Below, piece by piece: positions 29,857-44,111 of a DNA stretch of 64,000 nucleotides; position 1 is the first letter of the stretch; the number at the start of each line of letters is the position of its first letter. The translations under genes and the position numbers were made by a program. The stretch covers positions 1,438,467-1,502,466 of the forward strand of contig NW_014577074.1 in assembly GCF_000485595.1 (NCBI RefSeq). The letters run 5' to 3'. Source of the stretch: Priapulus caudatus. Taxonomy: Eukaryota. Under the pieces are notes generated by a model, which saw only the letters and a list, made by a program, of their open reading frames with translations, was not told the DNA's origin and ran no database searches.

Positions 29857-31001
29857 TTAAGAAAATGTCTTAAGAGAGCACTTGCTTACCACATCGCTAC
29901 CTATCAAATCTCATACGACAGGCTTAGAAATACATATTATAACAAGGGAAACACAGGCACACAAGTAAAAAGATAATGAAAATTGGAGAAAATTTGAAAC
30001 CCATTTCTTTTAACGAATCGAATGAAAATGGACGCGTAAATCGTTAACGCTAACCGCGAAGAATTCGCATGTGCACTCGTAATATAACAACATCACGTCA
30101 TTGTGCTTGTAATTTCCGTCGACAGCAAATACCGTTAAAATAACATACCTGATTAATATATCTGCAGATGCTTTATGGCCATATGCCTTGATTGCTGAAT
30201 TTTTTGCATTAATTTCGTTTTTATCGGGGATTCATTCTGAAAACAACTTTTCTACGTCGATGCCTTCATATTGGCTTCAAAAGCTTACGAGGAGAAAGGA
30301 CCACAAGGCCAATGGTTTTAGTTGTACTCTAGCTATCTTTTATAAACCCTGGAAGCATGAGATATTAAAGCTTCCTAAAGTCCCAAGGGTTGTCTGAAAA
30401 GCCCCAAGAGCATTAACATTTTAATATGGATGTAATATAATGAGTCTGGGGTGCCTAGCATTGCTAGCAGGTATTATCGTAGCGCTTACTCAATTTCAGA
30501 CATTTGCACGGACCAGATATTTCCTGCTGCGGTTGTTCCTTCTGCAAGACCGAACCCTGTTGACATCTCTATAGATGCTGCTCATGTTGAATCTTACGCG
30601 TCTATAATCCATATATAAAACGTATGAACACGTTTAATTGTCGAACTCAGCGTCGACGTATATTATTGTCTATCGGCAGTGATTTTCGTTATTTTAACTA
30701 TTATATCATCATCGTACTTTGATTGAGAAGACGCTGCAGCGAAAATCCGAAGGTTTTTTGCTGATGAAAAGTGAAGAAATGTGAGGATTGGGACTCGCGC
30801 CCTCATGATATTTAACCCAACAATGGGCGCGTCGGAACACGTTTAGAGAGTGCTCCAGGAATCACGGGGTCTCTATAGAACCATTTCTTCGACACGAATC
30901 AATAACACAAATTTTTCGATCGTCGCAAAATAAACGACGATCTTTCAGCTCCGACGACGTATATTCGACGACGTGCTTTCGAACGTGTGTAGTCTAAATA
31001 G

Positions 31002-31150
31002 TATTTCAACGATCCTAATGCTCTGGTGGCACTGCTCGCCGCACAATGTCAAGCTTTATTACATCAGCGAGCGAGATCATAATCGATCTGGTCGCCATTG
31101 ACGATGTCCGCCAAGAGCTCGGCCTCGTACTTAACGAAACGAACTAGTGG
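31002..31150 (+). mobile_element. Decayed reverse-transcriptase fragment (non-LTR, possibly CRE-like)
   Basis: YFND at 31002 and a frameshifted GGT, then IIDLVAIDDVRQELGLVLNETN*, resembling RT YLDD..LGG ... GL.LN..K. Confidence 0.3.
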
Positions 31151-32460
31151 CCGTGATCGACAGCCCTCAGTCGTGAGAGTGTCACTCCTGCTACCGAAGA
31201 CGTCCGATCCAGCAATCTCACTACGAGCTACAAGTACTGCGTGCTACACTTGACGAATTTACCTCTTTAGTCGATCTCTTTATACTCTCTCCGCTAAGGC
31301 TTGGTTCTGAGATGAATCCTATCCAGCCACAAACATGTCGAGAATATTAATAATGATAGATAGCGTGACGTAGGTCCCAGGGTAGCTCTCAGTGCGTTCT
31401 GCCCCTCGGCGGCTCTGTGGGTTGGGTGGTATGTGAATCCTTTAGAGCGCAACACTATTCAGAACATGGTACATTCAGAAAGATGCGATTACTATATACG
31501 TAGCAATGGTAGGTGGTTTTTTCCCCATACAAACGGAGTAGATTCCCGTTAAAAAAAAGTACTATATACCTACACATGTTGCTTTAACTGCGCTATATGT
31601 TCGCTTCTGAACGAATTAAAGGCTAAATTTAAGGCTACTTCTAATTAATTCTATTTCAATTTAAGGCTAAATCTAAGGCTAAATTTGACCAAACTGAAAT
31701 TTGCGATATGTCGTATTTAATTTTACACTGCTATCCACCACGAGGATAATATGCGAAGGGCCGGTCTGGGTGCTATGAACATAGCACACAGTAATGATCT
31801 GTATCGGCATATATCGACTACATGCGTTACGGGATTATCTGCGTTGTAATGAAGGCCCAGCTAGCTAACTCCTCAAATACATGCGAACTGACATCCAAAA
31901 GATGGCTTCCACCAGCCAGTTATCACGTGATAGCGTGTGGAGCCAGTGTACTGCTTGCCTTGGTGTGGGTGTGATCAGTCTGATCTTCCATATAGGCCTA
32001 TATACTCTCCGGGCGGTACGACTGCACAATGTCGCTACACCAATTCCCCCATTAACGTCGTAGTCAAGTTTCTATAAAAACCGCACCTTTGAAACGACGT
32101 TAAATAAAGCGCTCTGTCATCTCATCGCGTTTCCAACAAAGAGAGCTTTTACATAAAAATAACGTTAATAACACCTACGCATAAGTTTCAAACATTAAAT
32201 TTTTATAAATAAATCAAACAAACATCCATTGTTAAGTAAAAGGTAAAATTTTACTCAGTACATAGATTAGTTCTTATAATATAGCCGACGCCCCAGCGAC
32301 AGTGCTATTTATTTTACAACGACGTTATAGCGAAACAGCTTTGAATGAAACAACGTTAATATGGGTCTTGCTGTATATTCAGTGTATATTCTCTATGCTC
32401 ACGTATGATCAATGTTAGCATTGAAATGAATGACAACAAGAGCGACAGTTTTAAATCATT

Positions 32461-32682
32461 GTAGCGCAGCAAGTAAAAATAGTAATGAACTTTTAAACGT
32501 TTAAATTTTTTCTTTTCATTTCGCTTAGTCAATAAACTCTTCATCCTACACGGCCACATATCATTTTTGTAGCGCAGAAAATAAAAAATTGTAATGAACT
32601 TAAACTTTTAAAAGTTTAAATTTTTAATTTTCATTTCGTTTAGTCAATATACTCTTTATCTTACACGGCCATATATCATTTT
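32461..32682. repeat. Diverged ~110-bp tandem duplication
   Basis: gtagcgcag...tacacggcca(c/t)atatcatttt occurs twice (from 32461 and 32569). Confidence 0.85.
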
Positions 32683-33432
32683 ACCGATATTGCCAGATGC
32701 AATACATTTTCCACCAGTGTCAGGCGATATATTTAAAAATGACATACACTATAAATGATAGATATCGTGTAAATCACAGTGGACGCACACTCAACAATGG
32801 AAAACTGGAAATGGAAAAATGGCGAGCTCTGGTGAGAAACGAGCAGCAATCAGACGCTGCGCCCAACAGTTCCGTCTCGTGATATTGTTCCTTGTGCCGT
32901 GTTACTCCTTCATTTGATTTTGGTTCAGATCTGCTCACACAAATTACGTGAACTATTTATAACGCATTCGCAGTAATGATTAATGTCTCACCGAATGATG
33001 GCCTGCTTCGAAAAATTTGAACCAACCATTTCTAGCTTATCCCGCCTCTATCGCAATGCTATGTTACCACAGTAGCATGCGCACAATAGGCCTACTGACA
33101 AAAGTGTGCATATAATATATTGAATAGGTAGTGCGTGATCGAGCGGGGAACTAACCACCAGTACGGTGGATGGATAGAAAACACAAGAAGGTGATGGAGA
33201 TAGAGCGATAGAGGCTGAGAGAAAGAGATAAGAGAAAGAGAAGCTGAGAGAAAGAGATGAGAGAAAGAGAGGCAAGGAGAGCGGATCGTGGACAAAGAAA
33301 TGATAAGGGCAAGAAATAGCGAGAGAGTGAGTAAGAAAAGCGGGGAGTGGGCGATCTAAAGATTATTCGTGAAATGTGAACGTGTTTTCGACATGCGGAA
33401 ATTTGCATCTTGTTTTGAAATTACGGCTGATC

Positions 33433-33433
<1 letters not shown>

Positions 33434-33497
<64 letters not shown>
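33434..33497. repeat. (CA)n microsatellite
   Basis: Direct reading. Confidence 0.95.
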
Positions 33498-33499
<2 letters not shown>

Positions 33500-34284
33500 A
33501 CACACCCACACAGCCACACACAGCTCCGCATACGTTATTACAAAATTTTCACGCAATAATCGGCAGCGATCAGCCAGGAAACACCCGCCAACACACCATC
33601 GCCGACATTTCCATGCACGATACACCGTAGTAACAAAAACAACATTCACACGCGCCATCATTTCGCCACCATGGAATCAATAGCTTGCGATAGCTCGTCT
33701 ATCGAAGATGCTGGCGGTCGTCTGCCCGCGCGATCACGCGTCAATATTCCTCCGTCAGGCGGCGGTGTGTGCGTCCGCGTGCCTCGTTATTCTATACTGA
33801 AACCTTTCTCCAGCAATTATGGTCGGCTAATGCCGCAAAGATTTATGGCAAACTTGAATCTGAATGGAAACCATTAATCTGTCGGGCGCACGCAACACGG
33901 TAATAAATACATAATGGGTGCAGGAACGTATAAAAACGAAGGTAAAGTATAGAAAGAGGGAAGGAGCCTCGCGGTGGGAATTGTCATGCAAATTTTACAT
34001 TCAGATGCGAGCCGTACTCTAGAGAGCGGTCGCGCTGCGCGAGCGCGAGAGAGGCGGCATGTTTGCACAGAGATGCGCCTGTGGTTTTTAACCGGGAAAT
34101 GGTTACCGAAATGCATGAAAAAATAATGAGACGACGAGCGAGGCAGTGTCATCGTCACAGTCTCCGTCGCTGCACCAACATCGGCGATCATCATCTGTCT
34201 AGTCGCCTACGTATCGCCCCCCCCCCCACACTAACGTGTTCCCGCCGTCGTTTTGCTGAGGCATGCGCCACACCGTCCATACAC

Positions 34285-34655
34285 CATGTGTGTGTGTGCG
34301 GGGGGAGGGGGGACGTGCGTGTGTGGGGGAAGTGCGTGTGTGGGGGAGGCATGCGTTGTGTGCGTGCGTGCGTGCGTGCGCGTGGTGGCATGTACGTGTA
34401 CATGGTCGTGCGCGACACGGCGCGCGCGGCGCGTGTGTGTGTGTGTGTGTGTGGGGGGGGGTGTTTGTGTGTGTGTGTGTGGCGCGCGTGTGCGTGCGTG
34501 CGTGCGCGTGTGCATGTACGTGTACATGTCGTGCGCGCGCGCGTGTGCGTACGTGCGTGTGTGTGCGTGCCGTGTGTGCGTGCGTGTGTGTGCGTGCCGT
34601 GTGTGCGTGCGCGTGTTTGCGCGCGAGCGTGTGTGTGCGCGTGGCGCGCGCGAGT
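34285..34655. repeat. Noisy (GT)/(GCGT) microsatellite
   Basis: Direct reading. Confidence 0.85.
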
Positions 34656-35050
34656 TTATACGTAAGAATAAAGTGTAATCCGGCGGGCGTTTTTGCTTCT
34701 CTTGCACAAATATCACGTCTCATCATCGCGCTGTCCTCGTCGCCGGTGCTACGATCCAGGAGCTTCGTTTTGTAAGTTTTTGTAACGCTGTTTGTTCTCA
34801 GTCGAGGCCAGAGATATTTGCCCAGTTTACATCAAAGCTGCTCTCGCTGTCTATACGGTGATATTACGGAGGCCTAGAACCTGGCAGCGCACCGCCGGGG
34901 CTGGCTGGGTAAACATGATCTCGTTCGACGACTGGGGCTGTGTACTCGCCGGTTTACATGGGCACGGATTCCACTTGACGGCTCGACACTCGCATCCGAG
35001 ATGAGCATGGCTTCAGGCTTCATACGTGACGACGTTGCGCTGCGCTCCAG

Positions 35051-36250
35051 CATAGATGTTTCATAGATGTTGCTTCATAGATGTTCCATGTATGCTTTAT
35101 AGATGTTCCATGTATGCTTTATAGATGTTCCAAAGATGCTTCATTGATGTTCCACAGGTGCTTTATAGATGTTCCGAAGATGCTTCATAGATGTTCCATA
35201 TATGCTTCATAGATGATGCTTCATAGATGTTTCATATATGCTTCATAGATGATGCTTCATAGATGTTTCATAGATGTTTCATATATGCTTCATAGATGTT
35301 TCATATATGCTTCATAGATGATGCTTCATAGATGTTTCATATATGCTTCATAGATGATGCTTCATAGATGTTTCATATATGCTTCATAGATGATGCTTCA
35401 TAGATGTTTCATATATGCTTCATAGATGATGCTTCATAGATGTTCCAATATATGCTTCATAGATGATGCTTCATAGATGTTCCATATATGCTTCATAGAT
35501 GATGCTTCATAGATGTTTCATATATGCTTCATAGATGATGCTTATAGATGTTTTATATATGCTTCATAGATGATGCTTTATAGATGTTTCATATATGCTT
35601 CATAGATGATGCTTCAATAGATGTTTTCAATATATGCTTCATAGATGATGCTTTCATAGATGTTCATATATGCTTCCATTAGATGAATGCTTCTATAGAT
35701 GATGCTTCATAATGTTTCATATATGCTTCATAGATGATCGGCTTTATAGATGTTTTCATATATGCTTCATAGATGATGCTTCATAGATGATTTCATATAT
35801 GCTTCATATATCGCTTCATAGATGATGCTTTATAGAATGTTTCATTATGGCTTCATAGATGATGCTTTATAGATGTTTCATATATGCTTCATAGATGATG
35901 CTTCATAGATGTTCCATATATGCTTCATAGATGATGCTTTATAGATTTTGCTTCATAGATGCTTCATAGATATTTCATGTATGCTTCATAGATGTTCCAA
36001 AGATGCTTCATAGATGTTCCAAAGATGCTTCATACATGTTCCATATATGCTTCATGGATGTTCCATATATGCTAAATAGATTTTGCTTCATAGATGCTTC
36101 ATAGATGTTCCATGTATGCTTTATAGATGTTCCAAAGATGCTTCATTGATGTTCCACAGGTGCTTTATAGATGTTCCAAAGATACTTCATAGATGTTCGA
36201 TAGATGCTTCATAGATGATGCTTCATAGATGTTCCATGATGCATAGATGT
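35051..36250. repeat. Minisatellite array, 36-bp unit built from 11/14/11-bp subunits
   Basis: Consensus atatatgcttc-atagatgatgcttc-atagatgtttc repeated over ~1.2 kb; indel-noisy middle. Confidence 0.95.
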
Positions 36251-36742
36251 AGCATGCATGCTCCAGAGGATGTTGCCGAGGAAAGCAGGAAACAGTAGGA
36301 ACAGGATAGAGGTGACAGAGAATGGGTGTGGAGTCGGAGAAGGTAGAGGAAGAGATGAGACGGCATAGGAAAGAAAGGGGATATAGCAAGCCGGGAAGAG
36401 ATGATAAGAGAAAACGGAGACAGGAGTAAAGAAGCAAGATAGTGGTGGGCCTGGTGGCAGAAAGAAGGGAGATATTTGCCGGAGACAATGAAATAGGGGA
36501 GATGTAGAGGTGGCAGGCAAGAAGAAGGGATGAACGAATTATCTAGAAATGGTAAGCAGGGCGAAGTGGGGTACAAGAAGAAAGCAAGTAAGGGAAAGGG
36601 ATTGCGTAGATATGTGAAAGGAGAAAGAGATGGCGACGGGGACGGGGTTTTTGTAAAATTACAGCATAGCACATTATTGTATTCATACGTGAATATAGCC
36701 ACGCACATTGCAGGAGGTCTATTCATAATCACTCGGTATTTA

Positions 36743-37027
36743 CAACATGTTCTGCTTGCATCTATGACAAATACGACATACGCATATAGACTCTCCTATG
36801 ACACTATTTGTCATTGAAAGATTCTTCCTATGACAAATATTGGCGAGTCAACTTCGTTCCGCTAAAATTCACAGCTTGCGTTCATAATAGTGCTCCTAAA
36901 CTCCTACGATGCGCACAACACATACACCTATATTTGTCATAGGAAGAATCTTCCTATGAAAAATAGTGTCATAGGAGAGCGTATATGCGTATGTCGTATT
37001 TGTCATAGATGCTAGCAGAACAGGCTG
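36743..37027. mobile_element. MITE with ~98-bp terminal inverted repeats and 7-bp target-site duplication
   Basis: Left arm caacatgttctgcttgcatctatgacaaatacgacatacgcatata... is the reverse complement of right arm ...tatatgcgtatgtcgtatttgtcatagatgctagcagaacaggctg; GTATTTA flanks both ends (36736-36742, 37028-37034). Confidence 0.85.
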
Positions 37028-38079
37028 GTATTTAACCGTTTTGCAAGCTGTGCTGTCACGTATGAGCTAGCAATGGTTAGACAGTATAATACTGTTACGA
37101 CGTTATAGACATATAAGATGGAAAAACAAATATTTGATCATAATAAACGTCGAATCAATTTGATATAGACATGAGGACCAAGAGAAATTATATACAACTA
37201 TAAGATGATCATAGAGGCTGTGGGAAAGCTACTAACAGCTGTGCGTTAGTGCCACCAATCTCTTAGGATTTCCGTCGCTATTTCGAGCAGCGAGTCTCAG
37301 GAAGCAAAATTCTCTTTCTCCTCTCATGTTAAATTAGAAAGCAGATGAAAATAGCGTGACAGCAAGGACTTGGCTGTTGATGAGTTAATGGATTCTTGCG
37401 ATTTTTAGACAGTGCGGACAGCGTTTTTCTCGGCTGTTTATCCCTCTTAATAAAATTCCGAAAGAATATCAATGCGCTGGCAATGCCAGACACAGCCGCC
37501 CGATAAACCATCGCCACTCAACGCGTGATGGAGATAGCAAGCACGAACTCGCTGCCATTGCCTAGCACTATGTCGACATCGAAATATCGCATGCAGCCGC
37601 CGACGCTCCTGGACCGAATATCATATCCTAAATAGCCGCTGAAGAATATCCTTAACGGAGATACATGACTACGCCGCTATAATCTACTCGCGACGACGAG
37701 CCGAGAGAGAAGCATCTCTAGACTGCAGCCGTCATGTCGCACGTCCGCGTGCGCTGGCTTCTTCTAGGCGTGCTAATGTGTAGAGAGCAGGCCGCTCCGC
37801 CGCGGTAAGGCGCGCTAACGAGGCATGATAGCGAATAGAGGTCCCCCCTCTCTCTCTCTCTCTCTCCGCATCGCATCCCACGGGAGAGATGCCGCTGCGC
37901 ATTTAGCGCCACCCGCGTGTGTCGTCATGTCTGATCTAGTCGACAACTAATGACTGCTCGCGACTCGGCTCATGAAGCGAGAAAGGTTAATCAGTTATCG
38001 CGCGGGACTGGCCAGGATGCGAGACGGCAACGCTGGCCTCTGCGGCATATCGTGTTTACGCGGTATGAGAAGTAGGTGT

Positions 38080-38310
38080 ATGAGAGTAGAGTAGGAGAGC
38101 GAGAGCGAGGGCGAGAAAGAGAGAGAACGCGTGCGAGAGAGACGAGAAGCAGGATAACACACATACGTACACACACGTACCACACACCACAGCACACACA
38201 CAGCACACAACACACACAACACACACACACACCCAGCACGCCCGCACGGCGACAGCACCACGAACACACACACCACACACAACACACACCCACAACACAC
38301 ACACACACAA

Positions 38311-38341
<31 letters not shown>

Positions 38342-38600
38342 GCGCGGAGAGAGAGAAGGGGGGGGGGAGAGAAAGAGAGAGAAATAGTCGAGAGCGATAA
38401 AAAAGAAGGGAGCGAGGGGAGAGCTGGGGCGAAAAAGGGAGGGAGAGAGGGCAGAAGGGTCGTAGGAAAGCAAGGAGGAAGATAGAGGAAGAAAGGGAGT
38501 GAAGAGGAATAAAGTAAAAAAAAGAGCACGAGAGAGGGTTAGGGAACGAAGGCAGGAAGGGATAGTGAGCGAACGCGCTCGTGAGAGAGGGAAGGGAAAG
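38080..38600. repeat. Noisy (CA)n and (GA)n low-complexity tract
   Basis: Direct reading. Confidence 0.85.
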
Positions 38601-39997
38601 AATTGAAAAACACCTAACAGTGGGCACAATACTGCGCACAAATAGAAATCTGCGTATGACTAAGCAGAACAAACCACGAGACCGTGTTTTGCCGCGAATT
38701 TTTGTGAAAACTACATAATATAGCGAGTGCGCGCTGCAATTTATTGCGACGAAAGACTGCGCAATTCATCTGCTGAGCAAGCCTTCAATCGTCGGCGAGA
38801 GGGGCTACGATGGGACCGCCTCTATACTAGCGTGTACCTGCGTTGAATGTTACTCGGAAACCGAACTGGCAGACAATTAAAACTCGAGACCCCTCGAGCG
38901 CACGCCAGTGTTGCAATCATTTCTCCGCGAGCCTATATTAGAATCACATCAGCCTCCACCGACTCGGAGTGTGCCGACGGTGTCTGTCAATCGTCGTGTG
39001 CGGCTCAATTAGCACAGAACAGCAATCGAATACTTGACGCCAAGGACTCAAGCTATTGCACTACTTAACACTCGAAATGGTCATCTCCAAAAAGTCGGAT
39101 TCCTATGTAGATAGGGTGAAGTCGAAAAAATCAGAGGCGATTTCAAGGTTATATAGTCGATTTTGTGTGAACGTCGCTGCTGCCCCGGGTACAGCCGTTT
39201 TCAGTTTCCCCACACTCTGAGAGTTAAATAAACCAATTATATTGCAAAGAACGCTTTTCATTTTGCTCTTCGATGGCACGCCAGCACACGCCCTCCCCCC
39301 ACAAACACACATGGTATGAAAAGGAGCAAATGATTCGCCCGCTGGTTTCTCGTCTCCAGGCATTGAAAAATTCAACGTCGTGTTGTACGATATAAATAAA
39401 TTGTTATGACACGGAGAGACGCGCGAACGACGCTCGCAGTTCCGCAGCGCACGCGCGGCGGCCACCGCACGTCTAACACTCTACTCTATAGTGATCGCGT
39501 CCGTTTTACTGCTTTGCAAAGTGTTCGAACGGCTTTTAAGTTGTACAGCGCACGCGGTTCACCGGTGCCAGCCGATCGTAGCCGCGCAGTCTCGCGAGCA
39601 CACGCAGACAAGGCGGTTTTGTTTAGAGATGTCGTTTCCGCAACAGCCGCGAGCAGTCCAGGGTATAGGAAAATACGGCGAGCAGACGACGGGACAACAA
39701 ATTTTAAATACAGAATGGCTGACACTTCTAATGTAGCTCAAATTTCCACTGTTAAGGTGGTCATTAGGTGAGAGTGGCAGCGCTGATGTAGGTTGGTCCA
39801 GCACTTATACTCGTCATACATATGCAGTGGTCGTTCTTAGCGGCACCGGTATATGATGTACGCCAGGGCGGTGAGATGTTGACGAAGAAGATACAGGCTT
39901 CGGGCACGAAAGGGGTGGAAATGAATCAAGGTTAGCTTGACTCTTATGAATTGCCAATACGATGATGCACTTCGCTTCTTTTTAGACACAAAGAACT

Positions 39998-39998
39998 T

Positions 39999-40065
<67 letters not shown>

Positions 40066-40074
40066 GGATAGATG

Positions 40075-40120
<46 letters not shown>

Positions 40121-40126
40121 AAGGAT

Positions 40127-40216
<90 letters not shown>

Positions 40217-40286
40217 AGAGATAAATAGATATATAGATAGATAGAGATAGATGGGGGGAGAGAGAGAGAGAGATTGAGAGTGCGTT

Positions 40287-40382
<96 letters not shown>

Positions 40383-40453
40383 TGTGTGTAGAGAGAGAGA
40401 GAGAGAGAGAGAGAGNNNNNNNNNNTAAGAAAGAGAGAGCGAACGAGAGCGAT

Positions 40454-40502
<49 letters not shown>

Positions 40503-40505
40503 GAG

Positions 40506-40541
<36 letters not shown>

Positions 40542-40645
40542 GTAATATATATATATATATCAAGAGCGTATTAAAAAAAAAAATAATATGCACAGAGCAA
40601 GCGAAAGCGAGAGAGCATAAGAAAGAGAGAGCGAACGAGAGCGAT

Positions 40646-40691
<46 letters not shown>

Positions 40692-40725
40692 TGCGTGAGA
40701 GAGAAGGAGAGAGAGGGAGAGAGAC
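39998..40725. repeat. Compound (GATA)n-(GT)n-(GCGT)n-(GA)n microsatellite with 10-N gap
   Basis: About 50 GATA units, then GT, GCGT and GA runs; N at 40416-40425. Confidence 0.95.
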
Positions 40726-43700
40726 CTTTCCATTAGCACTTTATCCCTAGCGTGTCCGGTCTGACTAAGACAAGACGTAATGCTCGGTGACACCCACTTT
40801 GGCTTGCGAAACTCGATTACCGGCGCATAGCATTCAAAGACGAGGGACAGGCGCCTGTTGCTATGGGAGTCTGGGGTGTTACCATGGTCCTGGATGAGAG
40901 AGCAGCACTATCCCTTAACTCTAACATCCCGACGTCGCTGTTGACGTGTGTCGGTGCGAGGGAAGTGGAACCGTCACTACCGCACACCCTCGCTGCTCGG
41001 TTCTTTGCTCTTATACGCGTAGGCAGTGGTAGGAATTAGGAAAGCGGTGTCTCAAACCACCTAACCGCAGCTGTCTGTCTATCTGTCTGCAAAATGCACG
41101 CAGGCGATGATGTAAGTATGCTCTGGCATATATTGGGATTCATGCATATTCATAGCGAGCACATTATGCGCGGCGAGTCAGATGTCTTTTACTCCACCGC
41201 AGTCAGTCGAAGCTGTCATTGTGGTTTTGGGACCGACCAAGCACATTGGAAATGAAACCGCTTATTAGGTTATCTCGGCAAACCACTGGGGGAAGAGGCG
41301 AACATATTTATAACTGTGGGAATACGTTGAATATGATTGCAAGAAACAAGACTGCCAGACGAATTGGATGAAACACGCGTCGCAGAAGTCTAAATAAATC
41401 GGTGTCGGTTGAACGCTGGCACTGTCCGTCGTGTTTAGTGTACAGTCACGACCACTTTCTCTGCATAGCAGTCATGCACAGCGTGCTAACAGAACCCCTG
41501 TCTATTAATCCTGCAACTGTGCGATCATAGTAAAGAGCTTTCACGTTTTTAAAATCTATGATCATAATGATTTTCATCACATGAATAAAACAATAGTATT
41601 ACTATGATGATTATCAATTTTGAGTTGAACAACGGGTCAAATTCAATAGTCAATGAATTATTACAGTTGGTCTTGTGTTATGTATCGTGAGTCATACATG
41701 ATCATTATAACTATGAACGCTGCAGCATAATCGAATTAGTTATAATACTCTTTCTCCAGAAACCTGTGTAGTTTATATTTTGGCCAAAGATTTCTGGATA
41801 AGAATTTTTGTACAATGTCAACGGATTTTGTCAAAGTTTACAATGCGGCCGCACTCCCCTACGACTTATTGTTCTTTGCCGTAAACTATTACATAGTGAC
41901 TGAACAATGCGTTCAGTCCCGTCCCCAGTAAAAGAATTTTTTATGGAAATAGCATAGCCACTGACTCACAGATGATGTCTCAACCAATTAAGCATGTCGC
42001 TCTACGTCATCTCGCAAATATATTTCTTTGTCGAAAATTTTGTGAACAGAATTTATCTTATACAATCAGGTATGAACGCGAAACATGCAATGTTTATTAT
42101 TCCTTTGTAAACGTGCCATTGATTTTCGCATCACACGAACCACGGCTCCGCATGTAACAGATGATTCATCGCAAATTTTGACGTTGCGCCAGCCACGAAG
42201 AGGAAGGCGCGTGTGCATGCTGGTGAGAGGGGTGTACGAAGGAGGGAAAATGGCAGATGAAGACGTTGAAAGCAGCGGCGTATAGGATGCGTGCGTACAA
42301 CAATAGAAGTAAAAACCTCCATCACGTAACCAGCGCACGCGTCATTGTTATAGGATGTCTCGCAATGCCAGACCAGGGTGAGCGGCTGATGTACACTGCA
42401 GATAGAGAAATCAATAAGGACCGCATGAGGGCTTAACAGCAAGGTTAGTAGCTTCCCAGCTATGGCACGCGATCGAAGAGCACGAGATAGATACACAGGT
42501 CGTATGAGCGAAGGTAGATAGCGCAAGGACAAGCGAGGTAAAGGAGCTATAGAAGGGATGTGAGGCTGGCAGTATATAAAAGGATTTTGTACGAGATGGC
42601 AAGTAGTGAAACGTCTGAACTGGGCTGTAAAATTTCGAGCGTAAGCCAAATAATTCGAACGATAGCACGAGGTGAACGCAAAAATAACAAAAAAGGCACC
42701 TAGAATCACACCAAGTTGAGATGGTGATTGTCATAATGTGAAGATGAACGTGATCATGCGGCGACCGGGCAAGCACGTCTAAAAATTGTCAAATGTGTTT
42801 TTACAATTAGATCTTCGCCTTCTTTCGCTGGGTGACACACTGCCACGAGGTATATATGAAAGGCATTTATTCCCCATCCACTGCATGCAACATCTCCCTC
42901 ATCCTATTACTTGCAGAGTGGATCGCTCCATACGATGATCATGGCGGCAGATTTATAAATAGGTAGAAAATCGCCTTAGAAAAATTAAACGGCATTAGTG
43001 AATTGTTTCGGCTTTTCTGCACGCGACAACGTGAAACGCGGGTAGGTACAAACCGCCATTATATCATAAAACGGCCCTAATGTGGGCCGTATGTTACACC
43101 TGATGTAATTAATGCCATACGGCATCGTAACTAAAACGGCAAGGTATAGGAGTCGTAAATTATACAATTTCTCTCGTGGGGTTTAGCTGTATAAGGTACG
43201 TCTGCTCAACAGAAAATATATACGCACAAGCTTTTACGCGACATGGAGTTTAATTTAATCGTTACTCGGGCTATATGACCTTTTGGCTATAAGACAAACA
43301 GCTAGGACATATATACGTATTTTTGAAGGTGAACAAAAAAACCTGACTTCGCGATAGAGTGCGTGACTCTGCTAGACTCATGCTAGTGGTTATTAGTTTT
43401 AGTTAATGTAAACGCAGAATATGTATGAACTTATTGTAATGACATTAATACATGTATGTATTCATATACTGTATGCATTACTAAATTGACATGCAGCGTA
43501 AACTCACATACTAACATCGCATGTTGCATGACAATGGATACAACCTTTCTTAACCATCTTGTTCAAACAGATACAACTTGTTTCAATATTGAATGTTAAC
43601 TTAATAGTCGTCGTCAAATTGTGCATCAGATATTTTTCAGGCTTCATTGTACGGTGTTATCGTAAGTCTTGTGGCACGGGAATGTAGAAGAACTGCGCAT

Positions 43701-44039
43701 TATACGAGAAAATTCACTGAAATGGAACACGTAAATTATTTTCAAACCAACATTAGTGTGAAAAGCATAAATAAATTTAACTAAATGCATCCGGTCGTGT
43801 ATTGTATATGTACAATTTTGAGGTATTTCGTCAAATAAGTAAAAGCGGTTAATTTGCACTTCTACCTCCAAGCTTCAGCTAATGATACGTAAGGATGCTT
43901 AAACTAATAAAGGCATATACGGATTTTAATCTAATAGATCATAAGCAGACATCAGCCTCGCCGAAACAGCTACAGGGTCAGTGATTACAACCAAGCCTAA
44001 TGCTCATTTCTTTCATCTGATATCTTTGACATCTTCCGC

Positions 44040-44056
44040 CAACGCACCGCACCGCA

Positions 44057-44111
<55 letters not shown>

